The notes under the pieces: generated by a model
Told to the model about the DNA's origin: nothing
The model's database searches: none
Seen by the model: only the letters and a program-made list of their open reading frames with translations
In this document: positions 21,918 through 33,809 of the stretch, piece by piece
Layout: every line of letters begins with the position of its first letter
Position numbering within the stretch: the first letter of the stretch is position 1
Position numbers and translations under genes: made by a program
NCBI GenBank assembly: GCA_963665115.1
Contig: OY762007.1
Span: 3,904,001-3,968,000 of the forward strand
Direction: 5' to 3'
From: an uncultured Rivularia sp.
GTDB lineage: Bacteria; Cyanobacteriota; Cyanobacteriia; Cyanobacteriales; Nostocaceae
Length of the DNA stretch: 64,000 nucleotides

Positions 21918-21960
21918 CCCTTGTCTCCTTGTCTCCTTGTCTCCTTGTCTCCTTGTCTCC
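21918..21960. repeat. Octamer tandem repeat (CCTTGTCT)n
   Basis: About 5 copies upstream of thiL. Confidence 0.85.
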
Positions 21961-22019
21961 CTATCCCTCAATCTCCTTCTTCACTGAAAACTGTTCACTG
22001 AAAACTGAAAACTGATTCT

Positions 22020-23021
22020 ATGCAAATAAAAGAAATTGGCGAGCAAGGACTTTTAAAAATATTGCAGCGCTTCTGTCCTCCAGATATTGTCGGAGATGAT
22101 GGAGCAGTATTACCAACCGCTGCCGGAAAATTTTTGGTAGTAACGACAGATGTATTAATTGATAAAGTTCACTTCAGCGAAACTACTACTTCCCCGTCAG
22201 ATGTTGGTTGGCGAGCAGCGGCTGCGAATCTTTCCGATCTAGCTGCAATGGGAGCTTCACCGTTAGGAATTACCGTTGGCTTAGGGCTTCCCGGAGATAC
22301 TGCCGTAAATTGGGTAGAAGATTTATACCAAGGTATGACCCAATGCTTACAAGAATATAATACACCGATTGTTGGCGGTGACATAGTGCGATCGCCAGTT
22401 ACAACTGTAGCGATTACGGCTTTCGGACAAGTTTCTGAGCAGCTTACTATTCGTCGCAATAAAGCCAAGGTGGGAGACGTAATTGTCGTTACGGGTTGTC
22501 ATGGGGCTTCTCGCGGAGGTTTGGAATTGCTGCTCAATCCCGATTTAAAAACAAGTTTGGGCGCATACGATAGGGAGGCTTTAATTAAAGCACATCAACG
22601 ACCAAAACCACGTTTGGATGTTTTACCAATTCTCTGGAAAATTGTTGATTCCTCCAACGTCGTAGATATCTGTGGAATGGATAGCAGCGACGGTTTAGCA
22701 GATGCAGTTTTACAAGTTTGCCAATGCAGTCAAGTTGGTGCAGTTGTTGAAGCGTCTCAGATTCCCTTACATAAGGCTTTTGAAAATTGGTTAACACCTG
22801 AACTTGCTTTACAATATGCTCTCTATGGTGGCGAAGATTTTGAGTTGCTACTTTGCTTACCCCAACAAGCGGCAACTGAATTAGTACAAAGGCTCGGTAA
22901 TGGTGCGGCGGTAATTGGAATGATTACCGATAGCGATCGAGTGTTATTGCACGATAAATACCAGAAAATTCCCGACCAAGTTTTGAACTTAAATCGGGGA
23001 TTTCAACATTTTACCAATTAA
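22020..23021 (+). CDS. thiL: Thiamine-monophosphate kinase
   Basis: GDDGA, NLSDLAAMG, GGD, DSSDGL, GGEDFEL motifs. Confidence 0.95.
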   Translation: MQIKEIGEQGLLKILQRFCPPDIVGDDGAVLPTAAGKFLVVTTDVLIDKVHFSETTTSPSDVGWRAAAANLSDLAAMGASPLGITVGLGLPGDTAVNWVEDLYQGMTQCLQEYNTPIVGGDIVRSPVTTVAITAFGQVSEQLTIRRNKAKVGDVIVVTGCHGASRGGLELLLNPDLKTSLGAYDREALIKAHQRPKPRLDVLPILWKIVDSSNVVDICGMDSSDGLADAVLQVCQCSQVGAVVEASQIPLHKAFENWLTPELALQYALYGGEDFELLLCLPQQAATELVQRLGNGAAVIGMITDSDRVLLHDKYQKIPDQVLNLNRGFQHFTN

Positions 23022-23093
23022 CAACTAAGAGTATTAGCTAAGAGGAAGAGATATAAAGTTTTGAATCTAAAACTCATAATTCCTAACTCAATA

Positions 23094-23243
23094 ACAGACG
23101 TAGCACTACTCCGCCACATTAATTATGAGGGGTAACACATTCGTAGTGGGAGCGTCTCGCTCCCTCGTGACAAGCAGCGAGCTTTCCGGCTCGCACTCCC
23201 CGAACCCCTTATAACTTATGAGGTCAAGTACTGCTACGTCTGT
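23094..23243. mobile_element. Palindromic repeat interrupted by a second small element
   Basis: ACAGACGTAGCACT [about 125 nt with ATTATGAGGGG/CCCCTTATAAC near-inverted ends] GCTACGTCTGT. Confidence 0.55.
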
Positions 23244-23249
23244 ACATTT

Positions 23250-24269
23250 TTAGCTATTCCACTTCTGAGCAACTAATTCAGCCAAATCAACAACGCGCTG
23301 AGAGTAACCCCATTCGTTGTCGTACCAAGCCATAACCTTAACCATGTCGCCACCCATAACCATCGTCAAGCTGGCATCTACAATCGAAGAGGTATCGCTA
23401 CCTTTATAGTCAGATGAAACTAAAGGTAAATCGCTATAACCCAAAAACCCTTTTAATTCGTTTTCAGAAGCATTTTTGAAAGCTTGGTTAAGTTCTTCAG
23501 CAATGGTAGGTTTCTCAACTTGGACTACGAAATCTACCATCGAAACGTTGGGAGTAGGAACTCGTAATGCAACACCATTGAGTTTTCCTTTAAGCGATGG
23601 TAGCACTAACGCTACTGCTTTTGCCGCACCAGTAGAAGTCGGTACAATATTCATTGCTGCCGCTCTTGCACGTCGCACGTCTCGGTGAGAAGCGTCAAGT
23701 AAGCGTTGATCTCCCGTGTAGCTGTGAGTAGTAGTCATCGTACCTTTGATGATGCCAAACTTTTCATCCAACACTTTAGCTATAGGAGCCAAGCAGTTAG
23801 TGGTACAGCTAGCGTTACTAACCACGTCATACTTGGAAGGATCGTAATCTTGATGATTTACTCCCATTACGAAAGTTCCAACGTTACCGCCCTTTCCAGG
23901 AGCGGTAATTACAACCTTTTTAGCTCCAGCCTTAATATGCTTTCTTGCCCCTTCTTCAGTGACAAACACCCCTGTTGATTCGATCACAAGGTCAATATCC
24001 CACTCTTTCCAGGGCAAGTTTTCTGGATTACGGTCAGATACACATTTTATTGTTTTACCGTTTACTGTAATCGAATTATCATCCGCTGAAATGTCAGCAT
24101 TTTTTAAATTGCCTAGCATCGTGTCATACGTCAGCAAATGAGCATTCGTTCTGGGGTCTGAGGTATCGTTAATAGCAACAACTTCAAGGTTACTATTTTC
24201 TCTCGTCATCCAACAGCGCATAAAGTTACGTCCGATGCGACCGAAACCATTAATTGCAACTCTAACCAC
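23250..24269 (-). CDS. gap2: Glyceraldehyde-3-phosphate dehydrogenase, photosynthetic type
   Basis: [38 protein letters not shown]. Confidence 0.93.
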   Translation of the reverse strand: MVRVAINGFGRIGRNFMRCWMTRENSNLEVVAINDTSDPRTNAHLLTYDTMLGNLKNADISADDNSITVNGKTIKCVSDRNPENLPWKEWDIDLVIESTGVFVTEEGARKHIKAGAKKVVITAPGKGGNVGTFVMGVNHQDYDPSKYDVVSNASCTTNCLAPIAKVLDEKFGIIKGTMTTTHSYTGDQRLLDASHRDVRRARAAAMNIVPTSTGAAKAVALVLPSLKGKLNGVALRVPTPNVSMVDFVVQVEKPTIAEELNQAFKNASENELKGFLGYSDLPLVSSDYKGSDTSSIVDASLTMVMGGDMVKVMAWYDNEWGYSQRVVDLAELVAQKWNS

Positions 24270-25355
24270 AGGTCTTGCCCTCTGTATTTATGTCTAAACA
24301 GTGCTTATTTATGACCTCGATCATATCGCAAAGGGGGGAGTATTAATAACTATGCAGCGTTATATTCATAAAAAACTTGATAAATTATCCCGATTAGCTG
24401 TTGCGAACACCGAGATTAGCGATATGGGTTTTGACAAATTCCGCAACTAAACCCAAGAACAAACTAGTAAATTAAACGTAAGTTACGAATACCACTTGAC
24501 GAAACTCTTTCTTGAGAGGTATGTATTAATTGGCAGTACGTGGTATGCACGCAATTATCCAGTTGTTGCTCTAGTCGCTTGCAGATTGAGTCGGATTGAG
24601 TTATATTCACACCACTTGAGGATAGAACTGCACTAAGCAAATTACACAATTGAGTTAATTACAAGCGCCTGAATATCACAAAGAAAGGCTAGAAAAATAC
24701 TACTACCAGCAGTTTGATGATATCTGTATTTAGATACAAAGAACTATCTGTTGGCTTGGCATGATAGTAGCAGTAGATTTTCAATTAATTGTTTGCTATC
24801 AGTAACGAAATACAAGAAAGGCACTATGATTTTAGTCGCTTATAAGAAGCAAAATCTATATCCGAATATTTGCTCAACTATGGCGCAGGTTATAAATTAA
24901 TGAAGATTCGGATACCTAAATTACCTTTTTGCTCTGTAGACCAAAACAAAGTTGTTTCGACTACATAAAAGCAATGTCTTTCATTCGTATTTTCGTTAAA
25001 GCCAATTTTTAAAATTCATGCATATGAATTTTATCTAGATGCAAGTCTTCTTTCACGACTGGGGTAGTATTGTAAACAATTGCCTTTTCTAATTGACAAA
25101 GATGTATTGTGAATTACAATTGTTTATTTCCAGATTATGCTTCTATTCTCAGAAGAAACATAATAATAGTTTGGAAAGAGAAAAAATGCCATCCGGGGTT
25201 AAAATCTTTGCGGAACAACTAAAATGAGTGCAACAAATCTATTCTTTAAATATGAAATAAAATATACAGGGTTATTATCAGTACAAGTACAATTGTTGGT
25301 ACGATGCGCGTGTTAAAAGTGTTAATGGTGTGGTGTGGTGTCAGAGGAAAATAAG

Positions 25356-26795
25356 ATGGTAAATGCAGTAGATTTTAACGGTAGACCATTTCATTTCATT
25401 GGTGTAGGCGGTATAGGTATGTCAGCTTTGGCATATATACTTGCTCAAAAGGGCTTCCGTGTTAGTGGTTCAGATGTTCGTCCAAATCATATTACTCACA
25501 AGCTCGAATCGATTGGAGTTAATTTTTTTGGTAAACAAGAACCAAGCAATCTGGAATTTTTTAAGAGAGAATTTGTATCGGCAGAATTAACAAATGGGGA
25601 CAAAGAGACAACACCCCAAGTAGTTTGTTCTACCGCGATTAATGCGAATAATTCAGAATATAAAGCAGCGCTAGAAAATGGCTGCCCAATTTTTCATCGT
25701 TCTGATATATTGGCAGCCCTAATATCCCAGTACAATAGTATTGCTGTTGCGGGAACTCATGGTAAAACAACCACCAGTAGCATGATTGGTTATATGTTGC
25801 TGCAAGCAGGAGTTGACCCAACAATTATTGTCGGTGGTGAAGTAAAAGCTTGGTCTGGTAATGCTCGTCTGGGACAAAGCCCTTATTTAGTTGCGGAAGC
25901 GGATGAATCGGATGGTTCTTTAGTTAAGCATTCTCCAGAGATTGGCATTATTACTAATATAGAATTAGATCATCCAGACCACTACGATACATTGGATGAA
26001 GTAGTAGATATCTTTAAAACATTTACTAGCCAGTGCAAAACTTTAGTAGCTTGTATTGATTGCGAAACAGTGCGCGATCGCTTCCAACCTCATATCAGCT
26101 ACAGCCTCTCGCCAGATAGCGGTGCCGATTACTATGTAACAAATATTGATTATCGTGCCGACGGTACTACAGCTTTAGTTTGGGAAAAAGGTGTCGCCCT
26201 CGGAGTGTTGAACTTATGTGTATTAGGTCATCACAATCTAAGTAACGCTTTAGCAGCAGTAGCTATAGGCAGAAAGTTAGGTTTGCAGTTTGGCGAAATT
26301 GCTAGAGGTTTAGCTACTTTTGAAGGCGCAAGACGACGCTTCGAGTTTCGAGGAGAAGTTGACGGAATTACTTTTATAGATGATTACGCGCATCACCCCA
26401 GCGAACTCAGCGCCACATTAGCTGCTGCAAGATTGCAAGCAAGACCGGGACAACGAGTAGTTGCAATATTCCAACCTCACCGTTATAGCCGCACGCATAC
26501 ATTTTTAAATGAATTTGCAACATCTTTCAGCCATGCGGATGTAGTCGTCTTGACCGATATCTACAGCGCGGGAGAACCAGATACTGGCTTAATCAGTGGC
26601 GGAAAACTAACCGCAGAAGTCGCTAAAAATCACTCTCATGTAGAATATCAGCCAACTTTAGCCGATGTTCGCGAGTACTTGGAGAAAAATTTGCGTCCGG
26701 GAGATTTAGCGCTATTCTTAGGTGCTGGAAACTTAAACCAAACAATTCCCCTGGTTCTAGACTCTCTTCGGCAACCAGCACAAGCGACATCCTAA
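25356..26795 (+). CDS. murC: UDP-N-acetylmuramate--L-alanine ligase
   Basis: GVGGIGMS, GTHGKTTT, EADESD, DDYAHHP, FQPHRY; start placed at ATG 25356 after a GAGG RBS. Confidence 0.96.
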   Translation: MVNAVDFNGRPFHFIGVGGIGMSALAYILAQKGFRVSGSDVRPNHITHKLESIGVNFFGKQEPSNLEFFKREFVSAELTNGDKETTPQVVCSTAINANNSEYKAALENGCPIFHRSDILAALISQYNSIAVAGTHGKTTTSSMIGYMLLQAGVDPTIIVGGEVKAWSGNARLGQSPYLVAEADESDGSLVKHSPEIGIITNIELDHPDHYDTLDEVVDIFKTFTSQCKTLVACIDCETVRDRFQPHISYSLSPDSGADYYVTNIDYRADGTTALVWEKGVALGVLNLCVLGHHNLSNALAAVAIGRKLGLQFGEIARGLATFEGARRRFEFRGEVDGITFIDDYAHHPSELSATLAAARLQARPGQRVVAIFQPHRYSRTHTFLNEFATSFSHADVVVLTDIYSAGEPDTGLISGGKLTAEVAKNHSHVEYQPTLADVREYLEKNLRPGDLALFLGAGNLNQTIPLVLDSLRQPAQATS

Positions 26796-26925
26796 CAAGA
26801 AAGACTAGCCGACATCGGAGCTCTTACCTTAAATATTCTCTGTGTCGGACAAGCGCTTAATTGCTCAATCTAAATCCGTATGATTACGGTAGTCCCGCAT
26901 TAAAATCTATTCAATACTGGCAAAT

Positions 26926-27921
26926 ATGACCATTTCCCAGGCGGCTGCGAATGTTCGTAAAATTTCCGATGATACTACCAATCAAAGAGAAATAAAAGTG
27001 GAAGGTAAGAAAGAAGGAATTGCTTTGAACGGTAGTGACTGCATTATCAAGCCCTCCGTTTCTTTATCTTCCTACACATCCTATAGAGTTGGTGGCCCAG
27101 CAGAATGGTATGTTGCCCCCCGTTCGTTAGAATCTTTGCAAGCTAGCGTCGAATATGCAAAAGAACACGAGCTATTAATAACAGTACTTGGTGCTGGTTC
27201 TAACTTATTAGTTAGCGATAAGGGTTTACCGGGTTTGGTTATCGCTACTCGCCATATGCGTTATAGCAATTTTGAATCCGAAACTGGTAGGGTAACATTT
27301 GCTGCCGGAGAATCAATTCCTGCTTTAGCATCGGCAGTCGCAGAACGTGGTTGGGAAGGTTTTGAATGGGCGGTTGGCATTCCAGGAACCATCGGTGGTG
27401 CCGTAGTCATGAATGCTGGAGCGCATAATAGCTGTATCGCAGATATCTTAGTCAGCGCTGAGGTCCTAATTCCCGACGGGACTTTAAAAACTCTCACTCG
27501 CGAAGAATTAAACTACAGCTACCGTACTTCTGTACTGCAAGGAAGCAATTTAATAGTTACTCAAGCAACTTTGCAGCTTCAACCCGGTGCCGATCCAGCA
27601 TTAGTTACGGCAAGAACAAAGCAACACAAAAAACATCGGCTAGCTACCCAACCTTATCATTTACCTAGTTGTGGCAGCGTGTTCCGCAATCCTAAACCTC
27701 ATTCCGCAGGTAAATTAATCGAAGAAGCTGGTCTTAAAGGCTTCCAAATTGGGCAAGCGCAAGTAGCAGAACTCCATGCTAATTTTATTGTTAATTGTGG
27801 TGGAGCTACTGCCAACGATGTTTACAATCTCATTCATCACGTCCAGCAGCAAGTACAAGAGCGCTGGTCAATTAAATTACATCCAGAAGTCAAAATGTTG
27901 GGAGAGTTTCAAGCTGCTTAA
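26926..27921 (+). CDS. murB: UDP-N-acetylenolpyruvoylglucosamine reductase
   Basis: GAGSNLL, GIPGTIGGAVVMNAGA, PSCGSVFRNP, HANFIVN. Confidence 0.96.
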   Translation: MTISQAAANVRKISDDTTNQREIKVEGKKEGIALNGSDCIIKPSVSLSSYTSYRVGGPAEWYVAPRSLESLQASVEYAKEHELLITVLGAGSNLLVSDKGLPGLVIATRHMRYSNFESETGRVTFAAGESIPALASAVAERGWEGFEWAVGIPGTIGGAVVMNAGAHNSCIADILVSAEVLIPDGTLKTLTREELNYSYRTSVLQGSNLIVTQATLQLQPGADPALVTARTKQHKKHRLATQPYHLPSCGSVFRNPKPHSAGKLIEEAGLKGFQIGQAQVAELHANFIVNCGGATANDVYNLIHHVQQQVQERWSIKLHPEVKMLGEFQAA

Positions 27922-28110
27922 TTTAACTAATTGCTAGTAAATGGTTGGAAAAATATGGATTATTGATTTAAACTTGAGTCAAAAAATCTTGAATATCCGA
28001 TTTCTACGACACCAAGGGTGTATTACATCAAGATAAAAAACTATCAAATAACACGACGCATCTATAATTGAATTTGATTTGTTATTGAAAGCACACGCTT
28101 ACTATTTATT

Positions 28111-28458
28111 ATGACGGGAAAAGGACAAGGATTCGGCTTTGGTTTAGGAAAAATGAAGGAACTAGCTGAAGCCTTCAAAAAAGCCCAGCAAGTTCAAGAA
28201 GGAGCCAAACAACTCCAAGAAGAATTGGAGCAAATGGAAATCCAGGGAGAATCTGGTGGTGGAATGGTGAAAGTTATTCTTAGTGGAAACCAAGAACCCA
28301 AACGAGTAGAAATTTCTCCCGATGCGATGAATGAAGGAGCAGAAGTACTTTCCGATTTAGTGACAGCAGCAATGACAGATGCTTACAATAAGTCCACTGC
28401 TACAATGCGCGATCGCATGGAAGATTTGACCAGCGGACTAGAACTTCCTGGATTTTAA
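28111..28458 (+). CDS. ybaB: YbaB/EbfC nucleoid-associated protein
   Basis: [29 protein letters not shown]. Confidence 0.92.
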   Translation: MTGKGQGFGFGLGKMKELAEAFKKAQQVQEGAKQLQEELEQMEIQGESGGGMVKVILSGNQEPKRVEISPDAMNEGAEVLSDLVTAAMTDAYNKSTATMRDRMEDLTSGLELPGF

Positions 28459-28542
28459 TATTTAATAGGAAAGTTAAAGCTTGCATCGGCATTCTAAAAT
28501 GCTAGAAATTGCAAAACTTTGAACGGGAATACTCATTGGATT

Positions 28543-29028
28543 ATGGCTTATAAGCTGTTATTTGTCTGCTTGGGTAACATTTGTCGTTCGCCAACCGCAG
28601 AAAATGTCATGAATCACCTGGTAGAAAAAGCTGGTTTAAGTGATTCTATCCAGTGTGATTCTGCCGGAACCTCAAGTTATCACATCGGTAGTTCCCCAGA
28701 TTCTCGTATGAGTGCTGCTGCGAATCATCTTTTAGGATTTAAACTTCGCGGAAATGCACGAGCCTTTAAATCATCGGATTTTGAAAATTTCGATTTGATT
28801 TTGGCAATGGATAAGGAGAATTATCGCGATATTCTTTCTATGGATTCGAGCGGGGAATATCAAGACAAAGTGCGTTTGATGTGTGATTATTGCCGCACTC
28901 ACTCTCTGAAAGAAGTTCCAGACCCCTATTACGGCGGAACGGAAGGCTTTGAGAGAGTTGTAAATTTGCTTGTTGATGCTTGTGGAGGTCTTTTAGAAGA
29001 TGTTTCTGCTTCAGACACCCTTAGCTAA
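28543..29028 (+). CDS. Low-molecular-weight protein tyrosine phosphatase
   Basis: CLGNICRS P-loop and DPYY motif. Confidence 0.94.
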   Translation: MAYKLLFVCLGNICRSPTAENVMNHLVEKAGLSDSIQCDSAGTSSYHIGSSPDSRMSAAANHLLGFKLRGNARAFKSSDFENFDLILAMDKENYRDILSMDSSGEYQDKVRLMCDYCRTHSLKEVPDPYYGGTEGFERVVNLLVDACGGLLEDVSASDTLS

Positions 29029-29290
29029 CGCACTGCTCAAGTAAATTTGTAAGAATTCAAAATGTAAGAATTCAAAATTAATTCTCAATTCATAGTTAAG
29101 AGTTATCAGTTATAACTCTTAACTTTTTAGTTTTTACTGATATTGGGAGTAGGGAAAATAAAATAAATGTGTTTATGCCCTCAAGGGACGTTTTTTGGCA
29201 TCTGTGGGTTTACTTTCAAAGAACATATTTTGAAGTCCTTGCCCAGTCAGAATTTGAAAATTTAAATAAAAGAAGTATATAAGTATTTTC

Positions 29291-29481
29291 TACTCCCAAC
29301 TCCCAACTTCCAACTCCTAACTCCCTACTCTCTACTCCCTACTCTCTACTCTCTACTCTCTACTCCCAACTCCCTACTCTCTACTCCCTACTCCCTACTC
29401 TCTACTCCCTACTCCCAACTCCCTACTCTCTACTCCCTACTCTCTACTCCCAACTCCCTACTCCCTACTCCCTACTCCCCC
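29291..29481. repeat. STRR heptamer array (CTACTCC/CTACTCT/CAACTCC)
   Basis: About 27 heptamers; overlaps the last codons of the dynamin-like gene. Confidence 0.92.
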
Positions 29482-31686
29482 AATCAAACCATTAACTTCT
29501 TTGGCACGTTCAACCAATGCTCTCCAAACTTTTTGCTGTTGAACGCGCTGTTCTATCTGTCCAAATTCCGACCAAACTTGATAAGATTCTTTACGAAGAA
29601 AAATTCGCCATTCTAACTGTACGTTTTTAGCACGAATCACTCTATCTACAAATTCTTCTACCATAAAGTAAGCATCTGTAGAAGGTTCGCCAAGTATTTG
29701 ATTTAAAGCTTGTTCGGATGTATCGGTAGCTTCTTGATGTAGTTTCTGTAGTGTGTTTAATATTTGTTCTTCAATATGTAATTCGGAAGTAGCTTCTTCA
29801 ATTTGATTGATGCGCTCTTGTAAAGCAAATTGGTTGTTATCTGGCTTGAGTCGATCGAGATTAAGTCTGAGAAGGCGGATTATTCTTCCAGCATTGGAAA
29901 CATCGAATTCATACAGCTTTTGAAAACCTAGTTTAAGATTGCTGGCATTATCGGGAAGTAGGTTATGTATAATTTGCAGAAAATCGATCTCCTGAGAATT
30001 TACAAGTTCTCCTAGATCAGATTTAAGGATTTTTATAACTAGATATTTTCGGCTTTCTAATGAAAGCTGCATTGCTTTATCCAAAGATAGGAAATGTTCT
30101 AAAAAATTAGTACGTATTTCATGTAAAAACTCGTTATAAGCAGTATTGTAAGACCCAAACAGATGACGACGTTCTACAACTTCTTCCCTGCTTGTAGGAA
30201 TTCCCACATCAGTTTTACATCTTTGAACTGCATTTTTGACTCTTTCTTCAAATTCGCTATCTAAGCTATTCCGATTTTCTTTTAACTCTGCTAATAATTT
30301 TTCTAAATCGTTCGTTAATTTACGCCAAAACTGTTCAAATAGTTGTTCAAATAATAAATCTCCATCACCGTACCTAGTTAAAGCCAAACTAGCTTTGTCT
30401 AACTCAATACTGATATTTTGATGAAGTATATATAATTGTTGTTCGCACTCCCGTCTATATTCTGTTTCAATTGACTCCACGTTCTCAACTAAATAATCGA
30501 GAATCGGCTCTAAAACTTCAGCAAAAGCCTCTTGAGAATCGGAACAATCGGCAATAATACACTTTGCAACCCGAATTGGTATTTCTTTTAGTTCTGCTTG
30601 CAATTTCTGACAACGGTAACTATTATCACCACCTTCGACACCATGTTTGGTGCGGTTAAGAATCATGAAAGAACATTTAGAAAGAGGAAAATTCGATAAA
30701 GCATTACGAGCAATTTGATATAGCTTTAGGTGTGCTTCTCCCCAAACAGCATTAGCTTCCGGTCTGCGAACAAATAAAATAAAATCGGCTTCTTCAGAGA
30801 GAATTTTAATTAATCGTTCTGCTTCGATTAAATTTGTATCTCCCAATCCTGGTAAATCTAATAAGCAAATCTGACCAATATCTTCGTAAGGAAAAGAACA
30901 AGATATTTCAACCTCTTTAACTGCTAAATAATTAACGATTTTTTCGGCGTTGTCATTTTTTGCATCTTGAGTAACATATTGCGGAATTTGTGATTCAGCA
31001 ATTTCTATCGTCGGAGAATTAAGTAAATGCCGAAATTTTGCAATATTAGAATAATAATCCTTACGCAGATGTCCGTATCTAGCTTTGTCAAATTCGCTAT
31101 CTTTTTTTTCTAAAGGTAGAGCAGGTGGAGGAGTGCGAGCAAATTCTTCCACAGTTATAGGTTTTTTACCCAAACCCAAAGTTTCGTAATAAGGAGCAAG
31201 CACTTGGTTTTGGAATTCCGAAGCTGAATAAAAATGTACCTTAGCTACAGATGCAGGTAATTTTGGTTGATGAACAATTTTGCTTAACGTACCCGTACAG
31301 TATCCCTCACCACCATCAGGAATTACTTGGTTACTAAGTCCTGTCAAACTTTGTAACAAGCGACTTTTACCTTGTCGAGCATAACCAACAACTGCAATAT
31401 TTATCGTGTTGCGACTACACCGGGAGCGCAATTTGTCCAGCAAATTTAAAAGATTATCAATTTCATTAATTACTCCAAAATCAATTTCTCTCAAACGTTT
31501 AGCAGATGCAGCGTCAACATCATTTTCTTGAAATTCAGATTGGTACTGTCTTAAATTAACCAGTGCTAACTTGCAAGCTTCTAAATTTGCTCGATCGCGT
31601 TCGATTCTACTCGCAAATCTTTGCCGTTGTTGAATAATCGCATTTATACGTTCAGTTCTACGGGTATCAATTTGAATTGTTTTCAT
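29458..31686 (-). CDS. Dynamin-like P-loop GTPase with long helical C-terminus
   Basis: G1 GYARQGKS, G2 CTG, G3 DLPG, LNRT after a beta strand; helical N- and C-regions. Confidence 0.7.
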   Translation of the reverse strand: MKTIQIDTRRTERINAIIQQRQRFASRIERDRANLEACKLALVNLRQYQSEFQENDVDAASAKRLREIDFGVINEIDNLLNLLDKLRSRCSRNTINIAVVGYARQGKSRLLQSLTGLSNQVIPDGGEGYCTGTLSKIVHQPKLPASVAKVHFYSASEFQNQVLAPYYETLGLGKKPITVEEFARTPPPALPLEKKDSEFDKARYGHLRKDYYSNIAKFRHLLNSPTIEIAESQIPQYVTQDAKNDNAEKIVNYLAVKEVEISCSFPYEDIGQICLLDLPGLGDTNLIEAERLIKILSEEADFILFVRRPEANAVWGEAHLKLYQIARNALSNFPLSKCSFMILNRTKHGVEGGDNSYRCQKLQAELKEIPIRVAKCIIADCSDSQEAFAEVLEPILDYLVENVESIETEYRRECEQQLYILHQNISIELDKASLALTRYGDGDLLFEQLFEQFWRKLTNDLEKLLAELKENRNSLDSEFEERVKNAVQRCKTDVGIPTSREEVVERRHLFGSYNTAYNEFLHEIRTNFLEHFLSLDKAMQLSLESRKYLVIKILKSDLGELVNSQEIDFLQIIHNLLPDNASNLKLGFQKLYEFDVSNAGRIIRLLRLNLDRLKPDNNQFALQERINQIEEATSELHIEEQILNTLQKLHQEATDTSEQALNQILGEPSTDAYFMVEEFVDRVIRAKNVQLEWRIFLRKESYQVWSEFGQIEQRVQQQKVWRALVERAKEVNGLIGGVGSRE

Positions 31687-32072
31687 ATTTTGAAGGGGGA
31701 ACAGGGAATAGCGGTCAGACCCCCGCGCAAGGGAATGCTGACCAAGAGAGGGAACGGGGAACGGTGACTAATTAAGAAAAACTTCTTTAAAACTTTAAAG
31801 AAAAAGCTTTAAATCTATGCAAATTGAAATATCTTTCTGTTGCCTATTGCCTATTCCCCGTTCCCCATAAAAAGTGATGCATCTCTAAGATTGGACAAAA
31901 TAAAAATTTTAAACATCAACTTGATAACAATACTCATGTAATCGAATCAAAGCAGTAAAACATCTGACCTAATTACGAAAATTCTCTATAAATATGTCAA
32001 TCGCAAGTTAGAAGCGCTCATTGTCAAAATTCGGTAATGTAATGCTTGTGCTTCAAAATGAGGAAAACTGCC

Positions 32073-32786
32073 GTGGTTCCAATTAGAGACAATAATCCGA
32101 TTTCCATAACACCTTATGTTACTTATGGACTGATTGCCGTCAATGTCCTGGCTTTTCTGTACGAATCGAGTTTACCACCCCAGTTTCTAGACGGGTTTCT
32201 CCATTTATTTGCTGTAGTACCCCGAGAATTAAGCTCTAGTTTTGGTGGAATTGCAGTAAATCAACCCGTCCCTGAGTGGTTGACTTTAATTACTTCCCAG
32301 TTTTTACACGGTGGTTTGTTGCACCTGGGGGGTAATATGTTATTTTTATGGATTTTTGGTAACAATGTTGAAGAAAAACTAGGCTATATCAAATATTTAA
32401 TTTTTTACTTGGCTTGCGGTGTATTAGCATCCTTGGCTCAGTGGTATTTTTCCCAAGGTTCCGCAATTCCTTCTTTAGGTGCTAGTGGTGCGATCGCCGG
32501 TGTGATGGGAGCATATATCATCAGGTTTCCGAAAGCAGAGGTTCTTGGCGTGGTACCTTTGGGCATCTTTTTCCCTACCTTCCGAGTTCCCGCTTACTTC
32601 TTTTTAGGATTTTGGTTTATTCAACAAGCTTTTTATGGTGTTTCTAGTTTAGGAATGCCTACTAATATTGGCATGGAAAGCGGTGGAATTGCCTATTGGG
32701 CGCACGCTGGTGGGTTTGTCGTTGGAGCAGTTATTGCCCCATTATTAGGTTTATTTAGCGATAAATCGCCCGACGAATCTTGGTAA
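32073..32786 (+). CDS. Rhomboid family intramembrane serine protease
   Basis: FLHGG..H..GNM, GASG, AYWAHAGG; GTG start chosen. Confidence 0.93.
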   Translation: MVPIRDNNPISITPYVTYGLIAVNVLAFLYESSLPPQFLDGFLHLFAVVPRELSSSFGGIAVNQPVPEWLTLITSQFLHGGLLHLGGNMLFLWIFGNNVEEKLGYIKYLIFYLACGVLASLAQWYFSQGSAIPSLGASGAIAGVMGAYIIRFPKAEVLGVVPLGIFFPTFRVPAYFFLGFWFIQQAFYGVSSLGMPTNIGMESGGIAYWAHAGGFVVGAVIAPLLGLFSDKSPDESW

Positions 32787-32838
32787 CTGGTAATTGGTAA
32801 TTGGTAATTGGTAATAGGGCATTGGGCATTGGGCATGG
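32781..32838. repeat. STRR heptamers (TGGTAAT, TGGGCAT)
   Basis: Tandem heptamers between the two rhomboid genes. Confidence 0.85.
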
Positions 32839-33001
32839 GTGTAGAAGCGCAACAGATTGTGATTTTTTCTATTCCCTATTCCCCATTCCCAAATTCTTAT
32901 ATTTAATAAAACTATTTGTAAGGTGAAATGCTCTATACTTCGCAACTGTAAGCCCTACAGGTTATAGTGCAGTTGTTACTCAAAAAATAACAAAAACACC
33001 A

Positions 33002-33700
33002 GTGTTCCCTTTATACGACGAAAACCCAACGCGAATCACTCCTTATATTACCTACGGTTTGATTGGCATGAATGTTTTAGTGTTTCTTCACCAATTGTCT
33101 TTGTCAGATGCACAATTAAATCAGTTTTTGCAATTGTATGCAGTGGTACCGCAACAATTAACTGCTAGCTTTGCTGGTGAGGCGATCAATCAGCCAGTAC
33201 CAGAATGGGCAACTTTGTTTTCATCACAATTTTTGCACGGCGGTTGGTGGCACCTAATTTCTAATATGGTGTTTCTTTGGGTTTTTGGTAATAATATTGA
33301 AGACCGTTTAGGTCATTTTAAATATATAATTTTTTACTTGGCTTGCGGCGCTTTAGCTGCTTTATGTCAGTGGTTTATTGGTATGGATTCTGCTATCCCT
33401 TCATTAGGCGCTTCTGGTGCGATTTCTGGAATTTTAGGTGCTTATTTAATCCGGTTTCCTCGAACATTAGTCAATACATTTGTTTTTCTAGGTATTTTTA
33501 TAACTACCCTTAAAGTTCCAGCTTGGGTACTAATAGGGGTTTATATTGTCCAGAATGTTATATCTGGTGTTGCCGATTTGCAAAGAGCCGCTAATATGAC
33601 TATGGAAACAGGTGGAGTCGCTTATTGGGCGCACATTGGCGGGTTTGCATTTGGATTAATTTTAGGTCCCTTGCTTGGTTTATTTAACGACGATTATTGA
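33002..33700 (+). CDS. Rhomboid family intramembrane serine protease (tandem paralogue)
   Basis: FLHGGWWH..NM, GASG, AYWAHIGG. Confidence 0.93.
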   Translation: MFPLYDENPTRITPYITYGLIGMNVLVFLHQLSLSDAQLNQFLQLYAVVPQQLTASFAGEAINQPVPEWATLFSSQFLHGGWWHLISNMVFLWVFGNNIEDRLGHFKYIIFYLACGALAALCQWFIGMDSAIPSLGASGAISGILGAYLIRFPRTLVNTFVFLGIFITTLKVPAWVLIGVYIVQNVISGVADLQRAANMTMETGGVAYWAHIGGFAFGLILGPLLGLFNDDY

Positions 33701-33712
33701 TAAGAGTTAGGA

Positions 33713-33753
33713 GTAAGTAGTGAGTAGTGAGTAGTAAGTAGTAAGTAGTGAGT
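33713..33753. repeat. STRR heptamers (AGTAGTG/AGTAGTA)
   Basis: Tandem heptamers. Confidence 0.8.
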
Positions 33754-33809
33754 AATTAGGGGTTAGGAGGTAATTATTTAGTCCCCTTGTCCCCTATCTC
33801 CCCATCTTC

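Noticed and set aside
24270..25355. ncRNA or riboswitch in the long gap2-murC spacer, and the 61-aa ORF there
   Set aside because: No recognisable RNA motif or coding signature by eye; a covariance-model search would be needed
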